A stretch of 64,000 bases of DNA from an uncultured delta proteobacterium (GTDB taxonomy: Bacteria > Myxococcota_A > Polyangia > Polyangiales > B10-G4): NCBI GenBank assembly GCA_963727445.1, contig CAVSGI010000010.1, forward strand, positions 768,001 through 832,000. The letters run 5' to 3'. The first letter of the stretch is position 1, and the number at the start of each line of letters is the position of its first letter. Under the pieces are notes generated by a model. That model worked only from the letters and a program-made list of their open reading frames with translations, was not told the DNA's origin and did not search any database. Both the position numbers and the translations under genes were made by a program. Of this stretch, positions 10,026 to 21,742 are shown piece after piece.

Positions 10026-12155
10026 CGACACACCGTCCGAACGTCGCTGCGCCCGAAGCGCGAGGTCTCGATACAGATCTGACCGTCGAGGCACATCGCG
10101 TCGGCCGTATCGCATTGCGCGACGCAGCCGCCGCGCGAGCCGAGATCGATGCAGAAGGTAGCGGCGTTGCCGGTGCGGTCCGGGCAGTAGGGGCTGTCGA
10201 GGCTGCAGGGCAGCGAGCAGAAGCTGGTGCCGCCCGAGGGCGTCTCGCACACGCCGCCGTCGTAATCGCAGTCCGCGTCGGTGGTGCACGGCCCGCCGAT
10301 CCAGCCCTCGTTGAAGGCGGGCGTGACCTCGGGGAGCGCCGTGATGAAAGCCGCGATCGTCGCGACGGCGGCCTCACCCTCGGTGATGGAGGGCCAGGCG
10401 CGATCGACGGGCGGCATGCCCGCGGTGCCGACCGGCGTGAGCCGCTCGTAGAGCGCGCTGGTCTCGGGCGAACCGGGATTCGAGCCATCCGCCGAGCGCC
10501 AGCAGGTAGCGCAGCTCCGGATACGCGGAGTCGTCGCCGACGAAGCGGAAGTCGTCGTGACAACCGCTGCACGAATCCGAGCGGAGCACCTGGGCGACCA
10601 TGTCGTCGTAGAGCCCCCGCAGCGTGTCGTCGGAGTCGAGGAGGCGCTTGTACGCCGGGTAGAGGTCGACGCGCGTCGTTGGGGGCAGCGCGCCGGTGGC
10701 GCGGCCGAGAACGATGATCGACCGGTTCTTGTCGTCGGCGATCCAGATGGTTCCATCGGCGGCGACGTAGGGGGTGACGGGCGCGCCCTTGGGACGGACT
10801 CCCTGCACCTCGAACCACGCCTCGATCAGATAGTTCGCCTGCGACGCGTAGAGCTCACCGGCGGTGGTCGGGAACTCCTCGGTGACGGAGATGCCCGCGC
10901 CGGTGGGATCCGCGAGGTAGGTCGCGCCTTCGGCGCGGATCGGCAGGCCGTCCGGATCGACGTCGATAGCCATGAGACGATGGCCGGCCGGGCGATAGCC
11001 GTGCAGAGGCACGAGGAGCTGCCCTTCGAGCTCCGAGAACATGTCGCCGTGATAATAGGTGAGGCCGAGCGGCGCGCCGTGGGGCGGCAACAGGATGTGC
11101 GGCGGGCTGTAGTTCGGGTTGTCCAGGCTACAGGGGAAGACGCTGTAGTCCGCCCACTCGTCGCTGGTCCCCTCGATGTCGTAGCAGTAGGGCCAGCCGT
11201 AATGCTTCGGCATCTCTTCGCCGTCGAGCACCGCCTTGGGGATCACGTTCAGCTCCTCGAAGGGCCGGCTCGACTCGCGGAAGTCGCGGGAGTTCTCGAC
11301 CTGGAGCAGATCGCCGGCCGGCGAAAAGGCGAGGCCCATGGAGTTGCGCAGGCCGAAGGCCACGGTGCGGAACGCCGGGTCCCAGCCCTCGGCGACGCTG
11401 CCACGGAAGGCGTAACGGCGGATCACCGCCCCTTCCTGCTCGGGCCCCGTCGCGGCGGGACCGCCGCCGAGATAGCCGTCGGCTTCGAGACACGGACCGC
11501 CCGCGAAGTCGGCGCAGTGATCGGAGAAGGCGCCGACGTTGAGGTAGAGGTTGCCCGCGTCGTCGAAGACGAAGTTCGACAGGGGGTGGAAGCTGTTGCG
11601 CGAGCCGTTGCGATCCATCGGCGGCAGCCCGTCGAGGATGGTGAAGATGGCGGACTCGTCGATCGCGCCGTCCGCGCCGATGGCGCTCGCGGGGAACGCG
11701 AAGATGCGCGTGTCCTCGCCGACGAAGAGGTAATCCTCGGGGCCGACGGTGACGAGGTGCGGCACGGAGAGGTGGTCGAGGACACGGGTGAGGCGTGCGT
11801 TCGGCGGCGTGCGCGCGTCGAGATACCACAGGCCTCCGTTGCCCGGGGTCCAGCCGCCGAGGTCGGTGACGAGCATCTCGTAGGGACGGCCGGGGATCTC
11901 GACGAGGGTGCGCGGCGAGAAGGTCGTGTCGTCGTCGCCGGCGACGAGCCCCGCACAGACGAACTCGGCGGTGTCGATGGCTACGCGCGGCCAGCCGCCG
12001 CAGCTGACGCCGGTCTGTGCGTAGTCGTCGGCCTTGCCGGTGGGCAGGGGTGGCAGGTCGTCGCGGCGGGCGTCGCTGCCGCTGCAAGAAAGGGCGAGGG
12101 CGAGGGCGAAAGCCGCCGTCGACCAGGGGAAAGCTCGGGTCACGGCGCCCAGCAT
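10022..12155 (-). CDS. PQQ-dependent glucose/sorbosone dehydrogenase-like beta-propeller fused to a c-type cytochrome and Cys-rich tail; +1 frameshift at ~10477-10481
   Basis: GLRNSMGL, EELN, HYGWPYC, PHGAPLGL; CSGCH heme motif; second frame continues PGSPETSALYERL..MPP; lipobox LSC. Confidence 0.8.
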
Positions 12156-12264
12156 TGCACGACAATTCCCCCGTCGCGACGTCCGGACGACAAATCCGGT
12201 CACGAATCTGGGCCTCGACGCCACGTGAGAGGCAGAGGGCGGAAGCAGACGTGGGAAGGACAGC

Positions 12265-13341
12265 GTGACTCGGCGGATCTCATTTGCTTTTTTGGCTCTC
12301 GCGCTGGCGGCTCCCCTGGTGCTCATCAGCGGCGGGCCGACCGCCGCCCAGGTGGGGCAGCGCAGGGTGGTTCAGCGCCCGCATGTCCGGCCTCCGCCTC
12401 CGCCTCCGCCTCCACCGCCCCCGCCGCCGCCTCCCCAACTGCAAGCCGGACAGCTCATCGCGCACGAATGGGGCGTGTGGGTCGTCGAGAACGGACGGCC
12501 CACGCATCTGCGAGAGCTCGCAGCGGAGCTGCCACCGTTCGTCCAGCGCATGGCGGACGCCGCGGCGATGACGGCGCCGCTGCCGCAGCCTCATCCCCAG
12601 CCACATCCGCATCCCATCCATCCGCCGCCCCCGCACGGCCACCCGCCGGGCACGGTCGCGCGCAAGCCCGTCCTCTTCCTCTACGCAGAGCAGCCGACGC
12701 AGGTACACGTCGAGGTCGGCTTCACCGGCGGTGAGCCCTGGATGGTGTACCCGAATGCGCAACGCGTCCCGAACCTCACAGGGGCCGGATCGCCCGGCCT
12801 CGCATGGGACCTGACGGTCGCACCGACTCGTGCCCCCGCGTTTCACTCCATCCATCCCGGGCATTGGTGGAAAGACCTCCGCCTCGTCGGTGCGAGCGCG
12901 GTGGTCACCGCCGATGGGCACAGCGAGGGCTTCCTCTTCTACGACGGGCCGGTCGCCTTCGAGCGCTCCTTCGTTCTGAGCCACGAGCAGGGCGGCGCAG
13001 CGGTCTCACCCGCCTCGAACGAGACGATGCTCTTCCTGGCCAACGGTCAGTCGTACGTCGAAGCCGAGGTGGATCCTCGGACCCGCTCCTCGACCCAGCG
13101 CGCCGCGGGAGACATGACGCAACTTCGGGCGCGGCTGCTCACGGTGTTGCAAGAGCGCGGCCTGAGCGCCCCCGAAGCGCGCTCGCTCCTCGAGACCTGG
13201 CGCGACGATCTCTTCCGCGATCAGCGTGCACGCGCCATCTACTTCGTGCCCCGCGACGCGTACGACCGCATGCTCCCCTTGCGCATCACCCCCGCGCCCA
13301 CCGACCTGGTTCGCGTCGGCCTGGTGATCGATCGCGGCTGA
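12265..13341 (+). CDS. Secreted hypothetical protein with poly-Pro linkers
   Basis: Signal peptide; poly-P; AHEWG and RKPVLFLY motifs; C-terminal LPL.I.P.P..LVRV. Confidence 0.75.
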   Translation: MTRRISFAFLALALAAPLVLISGGPTAAQVGQRRVVQRPHVRPPPPPPPPPPPPPPPQLQAGQLIAHEWGVWVVENGRPTHLRELAAELPPFVQRMADAAAMTAPLPQPHPQPHPHPIHPPPPHGHPPGTVARKPVLFLYAEQPTQVHVEVGFTGGEPWMVYPNAQRVPNLTGAGSPGLAWDLTVAPTRAPAFHSIHPGHWWKDLRLVGASAVVTADGHSEGFLFYDGPVAFERSFVLSHEQGGAAVSPASNETMLFLANGQSYVEAEVDPRTRSSTQRAAGDMTQLRARLLTVLQERGLSAPEARSLLETWRDDLFRDQRARAIYFVPRDAYDRMLPLRITPAPTDLVRVGLVIDRG

Positions 13342-13364
13342 CGGCCTCCGCCGTCGTCGAGACC

Positions 13365-14357
13365 TCAGCCGGGAATGGTGCTGACGCGGTTGCGGCCCGA
13401 GCGCTTGGCCTCGTAGAGGGCGTCGTCGGCGCGGGCGACGAAGGCGTCGGCGGGAACGTGTCCGTCCCAGCTCGCGACGCCGATGCTGACCGATTGGGAG
13501 AGCCGGACGCCGTCGTCCAGGAGGATGGGCAGCTCGGAGACGGCGGCGCGGATGCGTTCGGCGACGTGGGACGCGTGCTCGCCGTCGGTGTCCGGCATGA
13601 CCAGGACGAACTCCTCGCCGCCCCATCGCACGAGGGCATCCTGGACGCGGGTGGCGGCGCGCACCCGGTCGGCGAACTCGCGCAGGACGAGGTCTCCGGC
13701 AGCGTGGCCGTGGTCGTCGTTGACCCGCTTGAAGTGGTCGAGGTCCATCATCAACACGCTGAGCGCCGTCTTCTGACGCTTCGCGCGCGCCATCTCCTCT
13801 TCGAGGCGCGGCACCAGGTATCGGCGGTTGAACGCGCGGGTGTGCGCGTCGGTGGTCGCCAGACGCTCGAGGCGTGAGCGCTCGATGGCCGGGACCGCGC
13901 AGTTCGCGAGCAGCCGCGCCAGCAGCTCGTCCCGATCGCCGAAGTGGCGCTGGTCGCCGTGGCTGACCGAGAGCACGCCGATGACCCTGCCCGCGGACCA
14001 CAGGGGCACCGCCATCATCGACCCGACGTCGAACCCCTGATTGTCCCGCTGCTCGAAGCGCGGGTCGGCGGCTACCTCGGGCAGGTGGGCGATGCTGCCG
14101 TGCTCGACCACCCAGCCCGCGATGCCTTCGTTCGGCTTGAAGGTCAACGGCGCCCGGTCGGTGCCGAGCCCCGAGCGCGCTCCGCACAAGAGGGCGCTCC
14201 GGGCGTCGTCGAGGAGTCGGATCGATGCGTGGTCCGCGTCGACGAGAGCGAGCGCCGAGTCGGTGACCGCCTGAAGCGAATGCTCGAGTGTCTCCTCCGA
14301 CGCCAGATGTCGCGTCAGGTCGAGTAGCACCACGATGGGATCCACGCGTTCGGCCAC
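13365..14357 (-). CDS. GAF-GGDEF diguanylate cyclase
   Basis: GAF (GIAGWV, DPRF, VPL); DLDHFKRVND..GH, RWGGEEF, ADDALYEAK; RVQD I-site. Confidence 0.93.
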   Translation of the reverse strand: MAERVDPIVVLLDLTRHLASEETLEHSLQAVTDSALALVDADHASIRLLDDARSALLCGARSGLGTDRAPLTFKPNEGIAGWVVEHGSIAHLPEVAADPRFEQRDNQGFDVGSMMAVPLWSAGRVIGVLSVSHGDQRHFGDRDELLARLLANCAVPAIERSRLERLATTDAHTRAFNRRYLVPRLEEEMARAKRQKTALSVLMMDLDHFKRVNDDHGHAAGDLVLREFADRVRAATRVQDALVRWGGEEFVLVMPDTDGEHASHVAERIRAAVSELPILLDDGVRLSQSVSIGVASWDGHVPADAFVARADDALYEAKRSGRNRVSTIPG

Positions 14358-14359
14358 CT

Positions 14360-17300
14360 CTACCTCGTCCCCAGTAGAGTAACGAGCGCGTCGATTTCAT
14401 GCTCGTCCGTCACGTCGTCCCGCGCGCGATTGGCCTCGCCCACCACCCGCGCGGCGAGGATGGCAATCGCGGCGGCCGCCCGTGGGTCTCCCGAATCCAT
14501 GGCGTTCTGGACTGCCTGCACCACCGGATTGCGGCTCGTGAGCTCGTAGCTCTCGTCGTCGCCGCGCCGGAGGATCGCTCGCCGCCGGCTCGGGGTCACC
14601 GACACCGAGACCTTCACCTTCGTCTCGAAGAGGCGAGCGAATACCTCCTGTCCCACGCCCGGCGAAGGCGGTTTCGGTGCCGTCAGCGGTGCGGTGGAAG
14701 CGAGAGTTGGCGTCTCGACCACCTCGTCGAAGCTGACCGCCGGCCACTCGAAGTCGTCCGTGTCGTCGTCGTCCCCTGCGTCCGCGACAATCAGCGCCTT
14801 CGTCACAGGCGCCGGCATCAGCGCGGACCTCGCCTCGGGCGGCCACCGTCGCGCGCGCCAATCGAGGTGCATCAGGATGGCCCGCGCCGCGAGCAATCCA
14901 TCGTCGATGAGCCAGGGATCCTCCGCGGTCGGCCCCCCTTCGTTCGACTCGAAGGTGTCGCGCACCGCCTCCACCTGCGCGGGGCTGACGAACCAGACGA
15001 TGCCCCCCTTCCCCGTGAGCCACCGCTCCACGGTGGCGGGATCGAATCGGCCGCCCCACGCCGAGCGGCCATTCGTGCTCGCCCGGAAGGTCCTCGGCCT
15101 TCACCAGCTTCGCCGCGATCCCCTGAACGATGTGGGCGGCCTTCACCGGATCCCACTCGTTCGCCACGCGCCGCGAGAGGCTGCTGAGCATGCGGGTGTA
15201 GACGACCTTCGCGACCCGCTCCGCCGCGTCGACGTGCGGAAGCCCGTCGACGAAGAGACGCCCTTCGATGGGAAGAGACGCGGATCCTGCCCCGCGCAGG
15301 ACGCGACTTCCCCCGCGATCGACGACCGTCACCGGCTCGGGTGGGACGCCGCCGCTTCGCGCCCACAAGGCGCCGCGCACCGGAATCTCCACACCCGCGC
15401 GCCGCGCATCGGCCACGCTCACGCGCCGCGGCTCGAGGGCGTCGTGCGGGATCTTCACCAGCGAGCTCAGCGCGCGCTCCGAGGCGCGGCGCACCTCACG
15501 CTTCAGCGTTTCGAAAGCGTCGCCCTCCTCCAAGGCGCCCGACCAGGTGCGGTTGGGCTCGACCTGTGGCGCATCCACCACCGCGCGCGTCGGCCACTCG
15601 CACGGGTCCCGATGCTCTCCCAGCGGATGGCGTTCGCGACTCAGCCGCATCCCGCGATGCGCATCGAGACCTGGCCGGAGAGGCGCCACCACACCTTCGA
15701 TCCGGTGCTCGCCCTTGGCCTTCAAGATCTCCCAGGCCATGGCGGCGCTGTCCTCGCCGTATTCGAGGGTCAGGCTCTCCACCGGCCGACGGTTGCGGTT
15801 GCGCCGAGCCTCCGCATCCTGGCGCAGCTCCTCCGTGGCGTCGGTGAGGATCAACAGCTCGCCCAGGAGGTTCGTCGCCTCGTCACCGGAAAGCCGAAAC
15901 GCGTGGCGCTCGGGGTCGAGCGGGACCTCCGCGCACCCGAAGTCTGTCACGTACCACACCACGCCGAAGCGCTCCGACTGCTCGCGAATCGCGTCTTTGG
16001 TGAGCCAGATGCCCTCGGTGGTCTCGAAGAGCGGCAGCGCGTCCCCCTCCTCGTCGCCGGCGAGGACGCGGCCATCGAGCATGGCGCTTCGAATCCGCCG
16101 TTTCTCCTCCGTCGTGAGGAGCGCGACGCCGTCTTCGACGAGCCGTCGAACCAGCAGCGCTGTGAGCTGCTGGAGCCGCTCCGCGAGTGGGGCGTGCCCG
16201 GCGATCTTCGTCGGGTCACGGGGCACGTCGGGCGACTCGAGGGTCGCGACGATCGCTGGAAACACCGACACCGACACCACGTCGAGCGCGCGACCGCCGC
16301 GGCGAATGTAGACGCGGCTCGACCCCGAGTCGCTGAGGCCGATCTCTCCGGGACCGAGCGCCGCGCGGAGTCGGCGGTCTTTGCCGACCAGGGTGCTGAC
16401 GTCGTGCACGTGCGAGGCGTCCTCGACACCATGCAGCGTCGGCTTGGGCACCAGACCCTGGGCGACGCGCCTGCGCGACTGCAGCTGCTCACAGGCCTTG
16501 GTGACGTCGGCGACGTCACAGCCGGTGATGGCGCTGATCAACGCCAGCTGTCGCCTACGCTCCTGCCCTTCGGCGACGCGGAGCACGGGGCGGTCGAGGC
16601 TGTGTGGTGCTTCGCCATCGTCCGGGCCGAGCCACATCCCCACGTAGGTCGCCACGTAGACCTTCGAGCGCCGGAGGGCTGCGCGCGCGCCCACTCGATC
16701 CCCTTGAACCGAATCGAAGAGCGGCGCCTCCCCGAGGGTCTCGAGGGCCTTCGCGATGCGTCGTGCGCCCGGCCCATCTTCCACCGGATGGTCGATCCAC
16801 CAGTCGAGGAGGCGACGGGCGGCGTGGTCGACGCGCAGCGCGTCGGGATCGCGCGCAGCGAGCCCGGCCAACAGCGACGGGACCTGTTCGATCACCATCG
16901 CCTCGATCGCTTCGCGCGCCTTGTCGGAGACCTCGACGAAATCCTCGTCCGCTGCCATCGCGGTCGCCCGAACGGTGGCGGCGACCGGCGGGCCACCAAT
17001 CCAGGTCTTGGAGGAGAAGGACCGGTCCTCGATCAGGATCTCGAGGCTGCTCGACTCCATCGTCAGGCCCACCCGGAGCTTCCGCACGAGCGGCGACGAT
17101 GGCTCGACGTCGACGGCTCGAGCGTCGTCAGCGGAGGGAGGGATTTCGATCTTCGGCCGCTCGCGATGCACCTCGAGGCGCGCCGACCTGAGCGCCTTCT
17201 TGCGGCGCCGCTCGAGCTCCTTGTCGGCGTTCCTCGCCTGCTTGCCGAGCATCGCCGCCACGGCCCGTGCCAGGCGTTCGGGCGCGCGCAGGGGGTGAAA

Positions 17301-20027
17301 GCCATCGAGCTCGAAGTCTGCAGCGCGGTCGGGAGCGACGTAGCGGAGCGTGCCCGGGTGGAGCTTCTCGATCTCGTCGAGGCTGTGCGCGGCCTCGAGC
17401 CCGAGAACGAAAAAGAGCGGCAACGCGCGAAGACTCTGGCGAAGCGCTCTGGGTAGGACGGTCTCGAGCCCGACCTCGCCGAGCCGTTCCAGGAGCATCG
17501 GCACCACCTGCCGCTCGAAGATCTCGTCCGCTACGAAGAGACCCGGTGCGTCGTTGCCCACCAGGTGGGCCGCACACCTGCGCATCAGCATGCTCTCTTC
17601 GACCGAGAAGAGCGCCGGAACGAAGCCGCCCGTGACGCTTTGCCATTGCTCGTCCGGCACCAGCGCAGTCCCCTCGTAGAGAACCCACGCCGGAAAGCGC
17701 GTGTCGATCTCGTTGCCTTTGAAGAGCGTCTGACCGCAGTGACGGATGTCGACGATGGGCACCGTCACCGTCATGCCGATGGCGCCGAAACCCGCGTCGC
17801 GATCGAAGCTCATCGCGGCCCCGGTGACCGTGGCGAGCTCCCGCGCCAGGCTGTCCCCGTCGCGCGCGACCGAGAGCTCGCCGCGGTCGTAGTGTACGAA
17901 GCTCGCCGGCTCCGGCAGGAGCGCACGCAGGTATGCGCGATCGTCGGTACCGCCGGCGATCACCAGCCGCTTCGGCGGCAACCCCGGGCACGCACGCGAC
18001 GCGGCGCTCGCATCGGCGGTGAAGTACGTCCCGTGCTCGGCGCTCTTCGCGATCGTCTCCAGAGAGGCCCATCGCGCTTCGCCGTCGGTCGTCAGCGCCG
18101 GGAACACCTCTGCGCTGCGCAACGGTCCCGGAAAGTCGCGCCGGTCGAAGAGCTGGTGATGAGCGTAGATCGCCCCGCGCAGAGCGGCGCGCACCTCTTT
18201 CGACGCCGCCAGCTTCTTCGCGGAGCGGACCCAACGCTGCCGCGGCTCGCCTTCGGTCGTCGTGTCCCCCGCGAGCCGCGACGCCAGGAGCTCGGCCGCC
18301 CAGATGGCCGCCCCGATCAGCGCGCTGTCGACGGCGGCTGCGCCCTCGTCGTCCCGGAGCGCCGAGAACGTCTCGTTCGGGGTCAACAGCGGTGACCAGA
18401 CCACCGCCTCGAAGGGCACCCGCGACTCGATGCGTCGCTTCGCGAGCAGGCGCCCGTCGTAGAGGTAGCTGACGGTCGCGTGCGCGCCCGACGACGTGAG
18501 GCAGAGCTCGCCTTCGAGGGCGGGCATGGTGAAGAAGTGCGGCGACAGCGCGCTCCCATCCGTGACGCGCTCCGGCAGGTCCGCGAGCGGGATGGAGAGC
18601 AGCTGCCCCTCGGCCTCGCGCACCACGCCTTCGTGAACCGGGTACCGCAGGTATCTCAGGCGCGCGAGGCGGCTCCGCTCTGCAGTGGCGATGCGGGGCG
18701 CGACGTCTTCGAGCTCCGTGTGGGCGAGGAGGATCTCCACCGCATCGCCCGGCCGCACCCAGATCAGGTCGAAGAGCCACTCCGCCAGGCGCTCGTCGAG
18801 GGGCTCCTCGCCGCGATAGACGAAGGCCGAGTGGTGCGCCGCTGCGGCGACCTCCGACAGCGTGCGCGGGTTACCGAACGCATCTCGCAGGAGTGGAAGC
18901 TCGAGGAGCGGAGCGAGTGGACCCGAGACGAGCCCGCCCACGTGCGCGCGAAAATCGGTGACGCCCACCGCGGAAGCGAGGAGGGCGAAGGCGCTCCGTT
19001 CGAGCTCCGCCCGCCCGTGCGCGGACCACTCGAGCGTCGGCTCGGGTCCCAGCTCGCCGGCGATTTTTTCGACCAGCTCCGCGAACACCTCGGAGGCGCG
19101 GGCCTCTGCCTGCGCGATCGGCGCGTCGTCTCGCCGCACTTCGGAGCGCGAGGCGTTGGTCGGCAGGCGGTCCGCGTCGACCGAAACGCGGATCGGAACC
19201 GCCTGGTAGACGGAGATACCGAGCTCGATGGGATGGCGCGCGAGGAGCACCCCGCGCTCGCAGGCCTCGAAGATCGCGGGCCGGGCCCAGTCGGGCCGCG
19301 TGGCGGCGTGCATCAAGGCCATGAACCCGTCGATGTCGGGCCCGAGCGGGATGCGGAGCACGTCGCGGTCGGAGCGCGCTCGCTCGAGCACGCCGTCGCC
19401 GATGGCGATCGGCACCCGCGTGTCGTCGCAGCTCTCGCGGACCAGGCGCAGCTCCGGGGGCTCGCGTCCGGAGACGAAGGTCGTCAACACGCCGAGGTCG
19501 GGGAAGCGACGCAGATGCACCAGCACCCCCTTCGCCGGCGCAGCGAGGGGCTTCGCCACGTCCTCGGCGACCAGGTGGCGCAGCTTGGATGCGCCGGCGA
19601 GCGGATCGTCCTCGTCGACCTCCAGGATCGAAGGCGTGTAGCGCACGCGCTTCGTGCCCGCATCGGCGACGACGTAGATGTCGACGTACCGCGGCCGGAG
19701 GCCAAGGGCGGTGTTGATGGCCGTCGCCATCAGGCGCAGGTGGCGGCGCGCGGGATCGGCCACCGGATTGACGAGCTCGTCCAGGAGCGTCGTCAGGTCG
19801 TCGAGCTGGGGCGCCCTTCCCTCCCAGCTCACGCGCACGTCGTCCGAGTCGCCGGTGACGCGCAGCGAATCGGCGCCGAGGGTCACGCCCGCCCGGAGCA
19901 GCTCCAGGATCCACATCTCGGGCTCCGGCAGCTGATAGTCGCGGAGCTTCATCACCGCGCGCGCGGCATCGACGCGCAGGCTCCCCACACTGACCTGCCG
20001 TCCGGGCGCTGGGCGGCGCGCGGTCAA
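14360..20027 (-). CDS. Giant (~1,890 aa) Hsp90/GHKL-related protein with degenerate ATPase N-box and repeated middle-domain-like units; +1 frameshift at ~15044-15048
   Basis: N-terminal WILELLRAG (N-box-like, no Asn); LPTNASRSEVRRD; long ORF with coding-like composition joined to 14360-15031; TTGA overlap with upstream gene. Confidence 0.65.
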
Positions 20028-21655
20028 GAGAGGCTCCCCAGGATTCGCTCGACCGCGTCGCGGGTGAGCGCCTCGTCGGCGCTGGCGTCGAGACGGTCCG
20101 TGGTCAGGAGGATCGCGCGGGTCAGAAAGGTCGCCGCGACCTCGGGCTCCGCGCTCATCGCCGCGCGGGCGGCGCGGACGATCGGCGCGCGGACGTTGAG
20201 GACGAGTGGGCGCCGGCCGAGCAGGCGCATGGGGTCGGTGTCGATCTGGTCGCCGACCAGCCAGGGCGAGTCGATCTCCCCGCTCGCGATCCAGATGCGC
20301 CGCTCGCCCGCCCCCGAGAGCTCTCCGAGATGAATCGACGCCGGCGCGCGCGCATGTGCCTCGAGGAGCTCGCCGACCATGGAGAGCAGCGCATCGTCGG
20401 AGGGCCGACGCTCGACCGGCCGAACCAGCGTGTAGACGGCGCTCGCCGCGCGGCACCTTCGCCTTCGCGTCACCGAGGAGACCAACGCGAGCAGAGACTC
20501 CAGCTCGGAGGCGTCGAGACCGCGGGCGTCGAGGACCGCCACCCCCCGTTCGGCCAGGGCGCGCGTCAGCTCGTTCGCTTCGAGCGCATAGAGCTCCGGG
20601 GGGTGCTCACCCGTCGCGACCGACTTTCCAGCGATCGGCGCGAGCAGCGGAAAGGTCCAGCGCGACAGGGGCACGTCGATGCTGGACGGATCCATCACCG
20701 TGAGCAGCGCCCGGTGCCGCTCGACGTCCGACGCCGCCGCATCCGCCAGCGCATCGATCATCGCCCGCCCCAACTGATGCGACACCGCGTCCTGCACCAC
20801 GCGGATCGCGCGGTCGAAGGCCGCATCGCGCCGGACGTTGTCGCGGCTGAGCGTGTGCTCGAGGTGCGGGTCCTGAACCTTGAAGCTCACCGTCCCCACC
20901 AGGGGAGCGTCCGTCTCCCACAGCGTGAGCCCGCCGTTGAAGAACCCCGCGTAGGTTCCGTTCAGGCGCTTGCCAACGACCGCATGGGTGTCACCGCTTT
21001 GCACACTCACCGAGACCAGCGCGTCCTCGAGCTCCAGCGGGCGGTCGATGCGAGCCTCGCGCACGAGCTCGCCGCTCGCATCGAGCGCGACGAGCTGGAT
21101 CGGGATTCGCGCGTGCTTGCACCAGCGCACCAGCGCGACCTCGGAATCCACGATGAGCTTGCCGTAGGCCTCGGAGGCCATCGGCACGTGCAGCGTCACC
21201 GTCGTGCCGCTTTCGCTTCCCTGCACTTCGAAGAGCTCCCAGCTCTGGTCCGATCGCAGGTGCACGACGTGACCCACACCATCGCCCGTCGCCGTTCGCA
21301 CCTCCACTAGCTCCGGCGACATGGCCAGCACCGAAACGAAGCCGACGCCGAACTTCCCGATGGCGTCCTCCCGATCCTCCTTGCCGGATCGGAACAGAAC
21401 GAGGAGCTCCTCCTCGATCACCTCGCGGCTCATCCCGGTGCCGGCGTCGCGCACGGAGATCTGCGCCGCCCCCTCGTCCCATACGATCCGCACGGTGATC
21501 GATCGGCTGCCTGCGTCGATGGCGTTCTGGACGAGCTCGCGATAGAAGGCGAGTGGATCGGCGAACTGCTCGATCAGATCCGCGACGAGGCCCGTCTCCT
21601 CCGGCGCGGTCGATGCGCGCGCGTTCGGACCTCCGCGGTAGGGCGCTCCGGCCAT
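20024..21655 (-). CDS. GHKL (Hsp90/HtpG-like) ATPase
   Basis: RELVQNAIDA (N-box), DAGTGMS (G1), IGKFGVGF (G2), GTTVTL; TLSRDNV middle-domain Arg motif. Confidence 0.88.
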   Translation of the reverse strand: MAGAPYRGGPNARASTAPEETGLVADLIEQFADPLAFYRELVQNAIDAGSRSITVRIVWDEGAAQISVRDAGTGMSREVIEEELLVLFRSGKEDREDAIGKFGVGFVSVLAMSPELVEVRTATGDGVGHVVHLRSDQSWELFEVQGSESGTTVTLHVPMASEAYGKLIVDSEVALVRWCKHARIPIQLVALDASGELVREARIDRPLELEDALVSVSVQSGDTHAVVGKRLNGTYAGFFNGGLTLWETDAPLVGTVSFKVQDPHLEHTLSRDNVRRDAAFDRAIRVVQDAVSHQLGRAMIDALADAAASDVERHRALLTVMDPSSIDVPLSRWTFPLLAPIAGKSVATGEHPPELYALEANELTRALAERGVAVLDARGLDASELESLLALVSSVTRRRRCRAASAVYTLVRPVERRPSDDALLSMVGELLEAHARAPASIHLGELSGAGERRIWIASGEIDSPWLVGDQIDTDPMRLLGRRPLVLNVRAPIVRAARAAMSAEPEVAATFLTRAILLTTDRLDASADEALTRDAVERILGSLS

Positions 21656-21742
21656 GGCGAGGAAGCATAATCCCTCGCCGCCATCGGTCGTAGGGCGCTC
21701 TGCTTGCCCTCCGCGCTCGGGCACCCCACACTCCGCCCTCCC

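Noticed and set aside
14694..20333. Long plus-strand ORFs (920 aa, 617 aa and others)
   Set aside because: Antisense shadows of the giant GHKL-related gene.
20024..21655. htpG or mutL
   Set aside because: Only the GHKL core and short Hsp90-like motifs match; canonical HtpG N-terminal and MutL GFRGEAL signatures are absent.
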